Assembly (NCBI GenBank): GCA_963664405.1
Contig: OY761158.1
Span: forward strand, 5,536,001-5,600,000
Length of the DNA: 64,000 nt
DNA from: Thermoanaerobaculia bacterium
Lineage (GTDB): Bacteria > Acidobacteriota > Thermoanaerobaculia > Multivoradales > Multivoraceae
Direction of reading: 5' to 3'
A program made the translations under genes and the position numbers. Below, one piece after another: positions 1 to 8,848 of the stretch (the stretch's first letter is position 1; each line of letters starts with the position of its first letter). A model generated the notes under the pieces. It searched no databases and was not told the DNA's origin. It saw nothing but the letters and a program-made list of their open reading frames with translations.

Positions 1-384
1 AGCTGGGACTTGCAAGAGCCTCGCTATGCCTCGTCGCTCTACGAAATGCTCGGTGCCTATGCCGGTCGTTGTCACGGCATCGGGCCGATGGTGGTTTGCC
101 TCGGTCCGACCGACCTCCGCCTGGGGTATCTCTCGGCTTTGAGCGGCGATTCCGCGAGGGCCGAGAAGCACTTTGTAGACTCCGTTGCGGTGAGCGAGGG
201 TCTCGGCGCCACGCCCTTTCTGGCTCTGTCGCGGCTAGCTCTTGCCAAGACACTGTTGCAGCGAAGTGCTGTTGGATCTGTCGCTCGAGCGATCGAAGAG
301 CGCGATCTCGCCCTCGTGCTTGCACGAGAGGTGGGGATGGCCGGTGTCGTCGCGGTTGCCGAGGCCTTGAGCGAGATACAATAG
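1..384 (+). CDS. C-terminal fragment of a probable AAA-ATPase/TPR-type regulator (5'-truncated by the window edge)
   Basis: Frame is open from base 1. Ala/Leu-rich helical repeats (LYEMLGAYAG...LGYLSALSGD..AEKHF) resemble the TPR-like tails of large ATP-binding regulators. Confidence 0.45.
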   Translation, partial: SWDLQEPRYASSLYEMLGAYAGRCHGIGPMVVCLGPTDLRLGYLSALSGDSARAEKHFVDSVAVSEGLGATPFLALSRLALAKTLLQRSAVGSVARAIEERDLALVLAREVGMAGVVAVAEALSEIQ

Positions 385-389
385 AGACC

Positions 390-1994
390 TTGGAACGCGG
401 ACGCCTCGGCCTCGACGAGCTCAAGGACAGTCTGAGCCACGAGATCGCTCGGTTGCTCGACTGGTTGGCCCAGCGCGCGCATTTTGCCGCCGTTCTGCTC
501 GCCTTCCTCGTGGTCTATGGCCTCGCCGCCAATGCCTGGGTCACGGAGGACGCCTATATATCCCTTCGCTCCGTTGAGCAGGTCCACGCTGGCAATGGTC
601 CGCGGTGGAATCCCCACGAGCGGGTTCAGGCCTACACCCATACTCTGTGGTTCTGGGTGCTCTGCCTGGCCAGGCTCGTTATCAGCGACGGCTTCCTTCT
701 GGCGATCGCTGTCGGAATCACTTTTTCCCTTGCGAGCTTCTGGCTGCTCTACTCCCGGTTGGCCTCCCGGCAGGGGGCGCTAGTCGGCGCCCTTGCGGTC
801 CTGTGTCTGCTCAGCTCCAAGGCTCTGATGGACTACACCACCTCTGGGCTGGAGAACCCGCTCTCGGTTTTCCTTCTGCTGATCGCGCTCTTCGCCAGTC
901 AACGCTGGGTCGAGGGACCGGTCAGCATTCCCGCTCTCTTTCTAGCCCTTGGCGCCCTCTTTCTGCTTGCTACCAACCGACTCGACTCGCTGACCTTGAC
1001 TCTGCCTCTTCTAGCGTTCTTGGCTTGGTCTGCGTTCGCTGAGATCGGCCTGCCGAAGACTGTCGGGCTACTAACGCTCGCGTCGTTACCGCTGGTCACC
1101 AGTGAGGTCTTTTCACTGTTGTACTACGGCTTTCTCTTCCCCAATACCGCTTACTCGAAAGTTGCCAACGGCGTGGGGCTATTGCCGACGCTGGCATCGG
1201 GCGCTCGCTATCTCGTCGTCTCTTCCCTTCTCGACCCTCTGCTGCCGGTGGTGCTGATCGGAGCGTTGTGGATCGCAAAGGCGAAGAAGGCTCTCTACTG
1301 GCGCGCGCTCGGGGCCGGAGTGCTCCTCAACCTGCTCTATCTTGCGCTGGTCGGGGGCGACTTCATGGCCGGCCGTTTCCTGACCTCGTCCTTCATCGTC
1401 GGAGTGTTCGTGCTGATGAAGAACCTCGACAAGACCGGGTTTGCGCGTCTCGGGCTCTTTCTCGTCTTGCTGTCCTTTTCGCCCCTGCATCCGCTCAACC
1501 CCTTTGCGGATCGCCACCTCGGAGCTCCGATTCTGGGGGTGGCAGACGAACGGGCCTTCTACTCGGACTATTCCTCCGTCGAGTCCTGCTTTGTCGCGTG
1601 GGCGGCGACGGGGGAGTGCCCAGCCCACCCTTGGTATGAGGAGGGCCGGCGTTTCGCAAGCTCCCCGGAGAAGGTGCTGGTGGCCCGTAATGTGGGTTTT
1701 CTCGGCTACCGGGCAGGGACCGAGAAGATCGTTGTCGATGAGCTCGCCCTGGCGGATCCTCTATTGGCTCGCCTGCCGGTGGGCTCCGAGGGCCGCGTCG
1801 GTCACCTCGTACGCGAGGTGCCAGAGGGCTACGTGGAGAGTCTGAGGAGTGGGGAGAATCGGCTACAGGATCCGCACCTGAGGGAGTACTACGATCATCT
1901 GCGTGTGCTCACCCAAGCGCCGATCTTCAGTCCAGGGCGTTTGAGCACGATCTTGAAGTTCAATCTCGGGCTCTACGACAGCTCTCCGGAATGA
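390..1994 (+). CDS. GT-C membrane glycosyltransferase, arabinofuranosyltransferase AftB-like
   Basis: Multi-TM protein with EDAYI, GPRWNPHERVQAYTH, DYTTSGLENPL, FPNTAYSK, GGDFMAGRF and VADER motifs. TTG start at 390 is inferred; the ORF extension to 69 overlaps the previous gene. Confidence 0.7.
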   Translation: MERGRLGLDELKDSLSHEIARLLDWLAQRAHFAAVLLAFLVVYGLAANAWVTEDAYISLRSVEQVHAGNGPRWNPHERVQAYTHTLWFWVLCLARLVISDGFLLAIAVGITFSLASFWLLYSRLASRQGALVGALAVLCLLSSKALMDYTTSGLENPLSVFLLLIALFASQRWVEGPVSIPALFLALGALFLLATNRLDSLTLTLPLLAFLAWSAFAEIGLPKTVGLLTLASLPLVTSEVFSLLYYGFLFPNTAYSKVANGVGLLPTLASGARYLVVSSLLDPLLPVVLIGALWIAKAKKALYWRALGAGVLLNLLYLALVGGDFMAGRFLTSSFIVGVFVLMKNLDKTGFARLGLFLVLLSFSPLHPLNPFADRHLGAPILGVADERAFYSDYSSVESCFVAWAATGECPAHPWYEEGRRFASSPEKVLVARNVGFLGYRAGTEKIVVDELALADPLLARLPVGSEGRVGHLVREVPEGYVESLRSGENRLQDPHLREYYDHLRVLTQAPIFSPGRLSTILKFNLGLYDSSPE

Positions 1995-2001
1995 GGATTA
2001 T

Positions 2002-3090
2002 TCAAGCGGCCGAGCTGGCTTCGCTCCAGTCGTGGACGACCGGGAGCACTTCGGCGGCGAAGAGCCTCATACTGGCCTCGGCTTCCTCGTAGGGCATGCC
2101 GGCATAGCGAAAACACAGGTCGAGGTCATAAGCGCCGACGACCTGCCGACGCGTCTCGAGTCGCTCGAGTATCTGCTCGGGTGTCCCCCAAGCCTGCACG
2201 TCGAGATAAGCCTGGGCCATTCTCTCGAGGCCCAGGTGTCGGATGGCTTCGACGTTGGAGCCGTATTCCTCGTAGCCTCTGGTGTCTTTGTAGTGATCGC
2301 TCGCCAGTTCGTAGTGGTGAAGGAGTGAGGACATGTAGCCGGTGATGTATTCGCGGGCCCGCGCTTCCGCGACGGCGGGGTCGGTGTGGCAGTAGGTGTA
2401 ATCGCAGATCAGGGGCGGTGGCGGCTCCTCATCGTGATGGCGGCGAAACTCGCGGCCGTAGCCTTCGAAGATCTCTCGCTGTTCTTCCCAAGCCTTCTGG
2501 GTGAAGACGACCATCTTGATCCCCAGTCGCGCCGCCTGCTGCACCGAGTCGGGAGACATCGCGACTGACGACACTCTTCCTTTGAAGGTCCGCCGCGGTC
2601 GCGGCCGGATAGCGGTCCTCGGTTGTGGGTAATACGGCCCATCGCCCTCGATGAAGCCGGTCTCGAGGGCGTCGAGGATCATCCGCGAGGCTTCGTCGAA
2701 GCGATCGCGTGAAGTGTCCATGTCCAGGCCGAAGGGCTCATACTCTCGCCTGGACAGGCCTCGGCCCATGCCGAAGAAGGCTCGGCCCCCACTGAGATGG
2801 TCGAGCAGAGCGACCTTCTCGGCCACTCGCAAGGGATTGTGCCAGGGCAGAATGACTGCTCCGGTAGCGAGCTTGATGCGGCTGGTACGAGCTGCCATGT
2901 AGCTCAGAAACTGCGTATTGTCCGGGCAGAACGAATAGTCTTCGAAGTGATGCTCGACCGGCCACAGGGCATCGAACCCGAGTTCGTCGGCAAGCACCGC
3001 TAGCCGTATCTCCTCGTCGTAAACCTGATCGTCGCCGACCTCGGGGCCGTAGCCCCAGCTCTGGAACATCATCTGGATGCCGACGTCCAT
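2002..3090 (-). CDS. LLM-class flavin-dependent oxidoreductase
   Basis: LADELGFDALWPVEHHF, AARTSRIKLATG, LDHLSGGR. ATG at 3090 preceded by GGAGGAG. Confidence 0.9.
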   Translation of the reverse strand: MDVGIQMMFQSWGYGPEVGDDQVYDEEIRLAVLADELGFDALWPVEHHFEDYSFCPDNTQFLSYMAARTSRIKLATGAVILPWHNPLRVAEKVALLDHLSGGRAFFGMGRGLSRREYEPFGLDMDTSRDRFDEASRMILDALETGFIEGDGPYYPQPRTAIRPRPRRTFKGRVSSVAMSPDSVQQAARLGIKMVVFTQKAWEEQREIFEGYGREFRRHHDEEPPPPLICDYTYCHTDPAVAEARAREYITGYMSSLLHHYELASDHYKDTRGYEEYGSNVEAIRHLGLERMAQAYLDVQAWGTPEQILERLETRRQVVGAYDLDLCFRYAGMPYEEAEASMRLFAAEVLPVVHDWSEASSAA

Positions 3091-3152
3091 GGCGCTCTCC
3101 TCCGGTTGTTTCGCGCACTCGGAGTATAGAGTAGGCTCGAAAAGAGCGGACG

Positions 3153-4010
3153 ATGCCCGAGCCACCTGTCCTTCTTTTGCGCAACGCCACGGTCATCCGT
3201 GGCCAGGCGAAGGTCTTTGATCGACTCTCGCTGGAGGTCCCGGCCGAGCGCAATGTAGCCATTCTGGGCCCCAACGGCGCCGGCAAGAGCACTCTTCTGC
3301 AGCTCGTGACTCGCGATCTCTATCCCACCTACGACGTAGATTCGCGGATAGAAGTGCTTGGACGTGTGCGCTGGAATGTGGCCGACTTGCGGCATCTCCT
3401 GGGGGTCGTCTCGCATGAGCTGCAAGTGCGTCATCAGCGCGAGATCCGCGGCGTCGACGTGGTGCGGTCGGGCTTCTTCGGGAGTATCGGTATTCATGCT
3501 CACCAGACTCTCGATGAGAGCGAGCTCGCTCGAGTCGAGGAGAGTCTCGAGCGTCTCAAGATCAAGCCCCTTCGCGACCGAATGTTCAACGCGATGTCGG
3601 CGGGTGAGCAGCGGCGCTTCCTGCTAGCCCGAGCCCTGGTCGGTGATCCGCGGACTCTGCTGCTCGATGAGCCTACAAACAGCCTCGATCTGCGAGCCGC
3701 GTTCGAGCTCCTCACTTTGCTACGAGAGCTGGCTCGAGAGGGGCGGAGGCTGGTTCTGGTAACCCATCGCGTCGAGGAGATTCCGCCGGAGGTGAGTTGG
3801 ATCCTGCTGCTCAAAGAGGGCGAGCTGGTGGCCGCCGGGGAGAAGCAGGATGTGCTCCGGCCGGAGGCACTCAGCGCCGTCTTCGAAGTTCCGCTTCGAG
3901 TGGTCGAGCGCGAGGGCTTCTACGCCCTACTTCCCGGCCCTGAGATGTCTGCAATTTCTCGCGCCAGCTCGGTATCGGCCGGCTCGGTACGCCAGGCGAG
4001 GACACCGTAG
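3153..4010 (+). CDS. ABC transporter ATP-binding protein (ModF/FecE-like)
   Basis: Walker A GPNGAGKS, signature MSAGEQRR, Walker B LLLDEP, H-loop LVTH. Confidence 0.9.
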   Translation: MPEPPVLLLRNATVIRGQAKVFDRLSLEVPAERNVAILGPNGAGKSTLLQLVTRDLYPTYDVDSRIEVLGRVRWNVADLRHLLGVVSHELQVRHQREIRGVDVVRSGFFGSIGIHAHQTLDESELARVEESLERLKIKPLRDRMFNAMSAGEQRRFLLARALVGDPRTLLLDEPTNSLDLRAAFELLTLLRELAREGRRLVLVTHRVEEIPPEVSWILLLKEGELVAAGEKQDVLRPEALSAVFEVPLRVVEREGFYALLPGPEMSAISRASSVSAGSVRQARTP

Positions 4011-5392
4011 GCGGCGAAGGAGAGGAGGACTGCGGGAAAGACCGCGTGCACGGTCGCCGAGAGCGGAACGAATCGCCAGCCGGCGAGCACCGTGATGCCC
4101 GCGACGAAGGAAGAGATGACAGCCGTACCGCTGCCTCGACGCCAGTGCAGCCCGAGAATGATGGTTGGCAAGAAGCACGCTCCATAGAGGGCGCCAGAGA
4201 AAGAGGTGAGCTCGACGATACCCGCCGGAGGTCTGAGAGCGAGGATCGCGGTGAGGATGGCGAAGGCGACTACTGCCAAGCGGGTCCGACGCAGAGCCCC
4301 GAGCTCCTCCAACTGCGGACGCAGGGCTCCCAGCAGATCTCGCTCGAAGGTCGATGCGGTGACCAAGAGTACGCTGTCGAGCGAAGACATCGCTGCCGAG
4401 AGGATGGCGAGAAAGAGGAAGGCCTGCGCCGCCGGGCCGAAAATACCCGACTGGGTGAGCAGAATCGGAACCACGCGATCGGTGTCTTCGAGGCCGGCGG
4501 GAATGAGGCGGTGCGCGATGAGGCCAATCGGTGTGAGCAGTGTAAAGACGAAGAGCAGGCTGAGAGTCGAGACCCACATCCCCTTGCGCGTCGCGCGCTC
4601 GTCGGCGAGCGCATAGAAGCGAGAGAGCTGACGGGGCTCGACCAGAAACTTCACCGTGGTGGCAAAGATAACGCCGACCAGCAGGGACAGAGGCAGGCCG
4701 GCGTTCGCGGTGAAGAGATGCTCGGTGCTTGGGTCCGTAGAAAGCTTGGCGACCGCGCTGAGCCCACCTGCCGCCCGTAGAGCGCCGAAGGAGATTAGAG
4801 CCGCGGCGGCGATCATGAGAACGCCTTGCACGACGTCGGTCCGCACTACCGAGTGGAATCCTCCGACGGCGGTATAGAGCATGACGATCACCAGCACCAG
4901 ACTGATGGATGCGACATAGGGAAGGTCGAGAACCACCTCGAGGAGGTTGCCGATGCCCTTGTAGACGGCGGTCATGTAGATGAGACTCGCAAACACCACG
5001 ATCAGCGCCGAGATCAGTCGAGCGGCCGGGCTGGCAAAGCGAAATCCGATGAAATCGGGCAAGGTGATCGAGCCGACACGCTCGGTGAAGACGCGCAGGC
5101 GGGGGGCGACGAGGACCCACGAAAGCCAGCTCATACCGACCGCGAAAACGATGATCAGAAGCCAGGGCAGGCCGTAGCTATAGGACTTTCCGGAAAAGCC
5201 CAGGTAGGTATTGGTGCTGGCGTAGGTGGCGAAGAAGGAGACACCGAGTGCGATGCCGCCGAGTCTTCGCCCGCCGACGAAGTAATCGGTCAGACCGCCG
5301 GTCTCTCGGTTGCCGACGCGAGCGTGGTGCACCATGACGGCGCTGTAGACGGCGAGGAGGACAAGGAGGAGCCAGTGATCCGTGATCCACAT
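3920..5392 (-). CDS. Sodium:solute symporter family protein (PutP/PanF-like)
   Basis: DYFVGGR, YTAVGG...VRTDVVQG, SAAMSSLDS; about 13 TM segments. Confidence 0.9.
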   Translation of the reverse strand: MWITDHWLLLVLLAVYSAVMVHHARVGNRETGGLTDYFVGGRRLGGIALGVSFFATYASTNTYLGFSGKSYSYGLPWLLIIVFAVGMSWLSWVLVAPRLRVFTERVGSITLPDFIGFRFASPAARLISALIVVFASLIYMTAVYKGIGNLLEVVLDLPYVASISLVLVIVMLYTAVGGFHSVVRTDVVQGVLMIAAAALISFGALRAAGGLSAVAKLSTDPSTEHLFTANAGLPLSLLVGVIFATTVKFLVEPRQLSRFYALADERATRKGMWVSTLSLLFVFTLLTPIGLIAHRLIPAGLEDTDRVVPILLTQSGIFGPAAQAFLFLAILSAAMSSLDSVLLVTASTFERDLLGALRPQLEELGALRRTRLAVVAFAILTAILALRPPAGIVELTSFSGALYGACFLPTIILGLHWRRGSGTAVISSFVAGITVLAGWRFVPLSATVHAVFPAVLLSFAAYGVLAWRTEPADTELAREIADISGPGSRA

Positions 5393-5523
5393 CGAGCACT
5401 ACCGGGCGGTGGCGGCTCGCATGATACGAGATATTCAACGGCGGCGCTTTGCGGTTTCCTATAATCCCGAGTGTCGGCAGTCGCTGTTCCTCATCAGGCC
5501 TGCGAGTCACGGAGGATTTCGAG

Positions 5524-6615
5524 ATGTCTATTTCTAGCGTGTTGACTCTGCAAGAGATCGTGCGAGTCGCGCGGGAGAATCTGGCTCAGAAAGAGTGGGA
5601 CTATCTTGTCGGCGGCGCCGAAACCGAAACGACGCTGCGGCGTAACCGATTGGCGATTGATTCGCTCGCTTTGCGCCAGCGGGTACTCCGAGATGTATCG
5701 GAGGTGAGAACCCGCGTCCGTCTGCTCGGCCACGAGCTGCGCATTCCGGTGTTCCTACCGCCGATCGGCTCGATCCAGGTCTTCGAAGCGGGTGGAGGAG
5801 CCTCGGTAGCTCGCGCCGCCGAGACCTTCGGTTCGATGCAGTTTCTGAGCTCGGCCTGCTTACCGGATCTTGAAGAGGTGGCTGAGGCGTCGACAGCGCC
5901 CAAGGTGTATCAGCTCTATCTGCAGGGTGACCCAGCCTGGATGGAGGAGCAGATTGAGAGAGCGGTTGCGGCGGGCTATGCCGCCTTTTGCCTGACCGCC
6001 GATACCCAGGTCTACAGCCGTCGCGAGCGCGACTTGCTCAAGCGCTTCATTCCCGGTTCCGGGAGCCAGTCCTCGGCGCCGGGCGATTTTGTTTGGCAGT
6101 CACGCATGAGCTGGGACCTGGTCAAGCGGATCAAAGACCGCTTCGACATTCCGTTGGTAGTGAAAGGCATCGCGACTGCCGAAGACGCCGGTCTCGCTTG
6201 CGAGCACGGCGTCGACGTGATCTATGTCTCCAACCACGGTGGCCGACAGCTGGATCAGGGGCAGGGAACCCTCGAAGTCCTGCCAGAGGTGATTGCGGAG
6301 GTCCGTGGCCGCGCGCCGGTCCTAATCGACGGTGGTTTCTCGCGCGGCACCGATGTGGTCAAGGCGATCGCCCTCGGTGCTACAGCGGTCGGGGTAGGTA
6401 GGCTCCAGTGCTTCGGCATGGCCGCCGGCGGTGCGGAGGGCGTGGTGCGGGCCCTGGAGATTCTCGAGCACGAGATTCAGATCTGTCTCGCGCTCTCCGG
6501 CGTTGCCGGAATCGAGGACTTGGACAAGAGTCTTGTATGCCAGGGGAAGCCCGTTGCGGACCCCCACGTGCTCAGCGCCTTCCCCCTTCTCGAGCTCCCC
6601 AGATGGCGGTACTAG
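5524..6615 (+). CDS. FMN-dependent alpha-hydroxy acid oxidase/dehydrogenase
   Basis: DYLVGGAETETTLRRN, PLVVKGI, VSNHGGRQLD, DGGFSRGTDVVKA. Confidence 0.92.
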   Translation: MSISSVLTLQEIVRVARENLAQKEWDYLVGGAETETTLRRNRLAIDSLALRQRVLRDVSEVRTRVRLLGHELRIPVFLPPIGSIQVFEAGGGASVARAAETFGSMQFLSSACLPDLEEVAEASTAPKVYQLYLQGDPAWMEEQIERAVAAGYAAFCLTADTQVYSRRERDLLKRFIPGSGSQSSAPGDFVWQSRMSWDLVKRIKDRFDIPLVVKGIATAEDAGLACEHGVDVIYVSNHGGRQLDQGQGTLEVLPEVIAEVRGRAPVLIDGGFSRGTDVVKAIALGATAVGVGRLQCFGMAAGGAEGVVRALEILEHEIQICLALSGVAGIEDLDKSLVCQGKPVADPHVLSAFPLLELPRWRY

Positions 6616-6868
6616 ACCAGCGTTTCCGAAGTTCGAGTCGCATAGCTCGAGCTCATTCTGTTCGCTGGCTAGGAGCCTGCGAAGCAGGCGAGTAGTTCTC
6701 AGGCGGGGATGGGCCGGAGAACGGGCCGTAGGTCCGTTCTCCGGGGCGAGGCGCGCCGACGCAGGCATATTGGGAATCTGTCGAGGAGGGCGGGGGCGCC
6801 TAGCCAACGCTGCCAGCGGGCAGAAGGGGCCGAGATAGGTGGCGCGAACTTTGGAAACGCTGGTCTAG
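6612..6868. mobile_element. Palindromic MITE-like element, family A copy 1 (contains a nested 78 bp insertion)
   Basis: Ends CTAGACCAGCGTTTCCGAAGTTCG ... CGAACTTTGGAAACGCTGGTCTAG form a 24 bp inverted repeat with 1 mismatch. Homologous copies at 42258 and 62597. Confidence 0.88.
6669..6750 (+). mobile_element. 78 bp twin-hairpin element, copy 1 (nested in MITE A1)
   Basis: Absent from MITE copies A2 and A3. Inner 74 nt are 64/74 identical to the reverse complement of the inner part of 37880-37961. Bounded by CTAG/CGAG. Confidence 0.85.
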
Positions 6869-6869
6869 C

Positions 6870-7647
6870 TCACTGTTGCCAGTAACGGTCGCTCTTGAAC
6901 CAGGCACGGATCGGGATCAGCTCGCCTGTGATCAGGTCCGAGGCCGGTGAGGCAAGAAAGAGGGCGAGGTCGGCGACACTCTCCGGCGTGGGAGGTAGCT
7001 CGAGGGGAGGGACGGCGGATCCGTCTTCGTTTTTCCCTGAAGGGATGATGTTGTAGCCCTTGAGCTCTTCGGTGGCGATCAGGCCGGGCAGAATGCAGTA
7101 CGTTGATGTTGTGCTTTGCCCACATGAAGGCCAGATTGTTGGTCAGGCTGAGCACTCCGGCCTTGGCGGCGGAGTAGTGAAGCTGCCCTGGATTGCCCTT
7201 GGACCCGGCTGTGGACGAGACGTTGATGATCTTGCCGGCTCCTTGCTCGATCATCTGCTTGCCGGCTGCGATACAGCTCAGGAAGGCGCCGGTGAGATTC
7301 AGGTCGACTACGCGGTTCCATTCGTCGATTGGGGTCTCTTCCGCTTTGTGGCTCGCGCCCCACCGCCCGGCACAGGTAACGATGACGTCGACTCGACCGA
7401 ACTTGTCGACGGTCTGAGCGATCATATTGTCGACTTGCTCAGGAGCTGTGATGTCGACCGCGACCGCGAACGCAGTGCCGCCCTCGGCTTCGATGTCGGC
7501 GACGACCTTGTTCAGGTTTTCCAGGTTGCGGCTGGCGACGACCACGTTCGCGCCCGCCTCGGCGTAGGTCTTGGCGATATGAAGACCGATCCCGCCGGCG
7601 CCGCCGGTGACGATTGCGGTTTTCTCGTGGAGCTCGAATTTCGACAT
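6870..7647 (-). pseudogene. SDR oxidoreductase with a frameshift near 7100 (pseudogene or sequencing error)
   Basis: TGGAGGIG and YSAAK are intact. After HNINV the SDR continuation (CILPGLIAT...VADLALFLAS...ITGE) lies in another frame and ends at TGA 6870-6872. Confidence 0.75.
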
Positions 7648-7725
7648 GTTTATCTCCAATTGCAGTCTGCTAACCGACATTCAAGAAGGGGAAGACGACC
7701 GAGCCAGTGTTGAGTGGCGACAAGC

Positions 7726-8769
7726 CTACAGGCCGGCCAGCGCTTCTCGTGCGGCGTTGGCGAAGCCCTCGACCCTGACGCGGTAGTGATCGGTGTCGAG
7801 GTCTCCGGCCATCTTGCCGCGTAGATAGCGGTCGAGGACACCTTCGGCGATCGCGGCAGAACGCCAGTGTTGGAAGGCGCGGTAGTAGGGCATGAGATCC
7901 GTCGAGCGGCCCGAGAGCTCGGAGTACCGCTCGAGGAAGGTCTCGCGCGAAGGAAAGCCGCCCGCGGCGGTGGGCGGCGGTGTACCGTCGGCACTCATCA
8001 GCGCGACCTCGCCCGGTTCGTCCCAGTTGTTCAAGACGTAAGCGACATCGGCGAGTGGGTCGCCGAGGGTACACAGCTCCCAATCGAGGACTGCGGCGAT
8101 TCGACCCTCGGGAGTGGCCAGCATGTTGCCGAGGCGGTAGTCGCCATGGACGATGGTGGCGCCGATCTGCTCGGGCAGGAGCTCGGCCAGGCCGCTCGAC
8201 ACCTCTTCCATGACCGCGAGCTCGCGGGTCTTGGAGTCGTTCCACTGCCGCGTCCAACGCTTGAGCTGGCGTGCCAGGTAGTTTTCTTTGCGCCCCAGGT
8301 CACCGAGGCCGACCGCATCGACGTCTACCGTGTGTAGCTCGCTCAGGACCTGGATGACGTCACTGCCCAGCCGCTGCCGCCCCTCGGTGTCGAGGAGCGC
8401 TTGGACCGTGGCCGCATTCTCGAGCACGTGCCCGGAGACCCAGGCCATGATGTAGAAGGGCGCGTCGTTGACCGACTCGTCGGTGCACAGGCCGAGCGCG
8501 GGGGGCACCGGGACGGCGGTGGGGCCGAGGGCGGCAATGATGCGATGCTCGCGCCCCATATCGTGCGCGGTGGCCAGCAGGGTCCCTAGAGGTGGCCGAC
8601 GGAGTACCCAGGCATTGCCACGGGTGTCCTCGAGCTTGAAGGTCAGGTTCGAGTGGCCGCCTTTGATGCGCTCGAAACGCAGAGGCCCCTCCAGTCCCTC
8701 GATATGGCTCTCGAGCCACTCCGTCACCGGCCCCGGCTGGATGCCGGGAATCTTTTCGGGTTGGATCAT
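7726..8769 (-). CDS. Phosphotransferase family protein (APH/ACAD10 N-terminal-like)
   Basis: GGHSNLTF, VLRRPP, AHDMGRE, IVHGDYRLGN, VLDWELCTLGDPLAD. Confidence 0.9.
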   Translation of the reverse strand: MIQPEKIPGIQPGPVTEWLESHIEGLEGPLRFERIKGGHSNLTFKLEDTRGNAWVLRRPPLGTLLATAHDMGREHRIIAALGPTAVPVPPALGLCTDESVNDAPFYIMAWVSGHVLENAATVQALLDTEGRQRLGSDVIQVLSELHTVDVDAVGLGDLGRKENYLARQLKRWTRQWNDSKTRELAVMEEVSSGLAELLPEQIGATIVHGDYRLGNMLATPEGRIAAVLDWELCTLGDPLADVAYVLNNWDEPGEVALMSADGTPPPTAAGGFPSRETFLERYSELSGRSTDLMPYYRAFQHWRSAAIAEGVLDRYLRGKMAGDLDTDHYRVRVEGFANAAREALAGL

Positions 8770-8848
8770 GCGGCGGCAATCATACGTGCTGCGATCGCCT
8801 TTGCAGATGCTTGTTTGTGCATATCTCCGGTTGCTACTATTTCGTACC

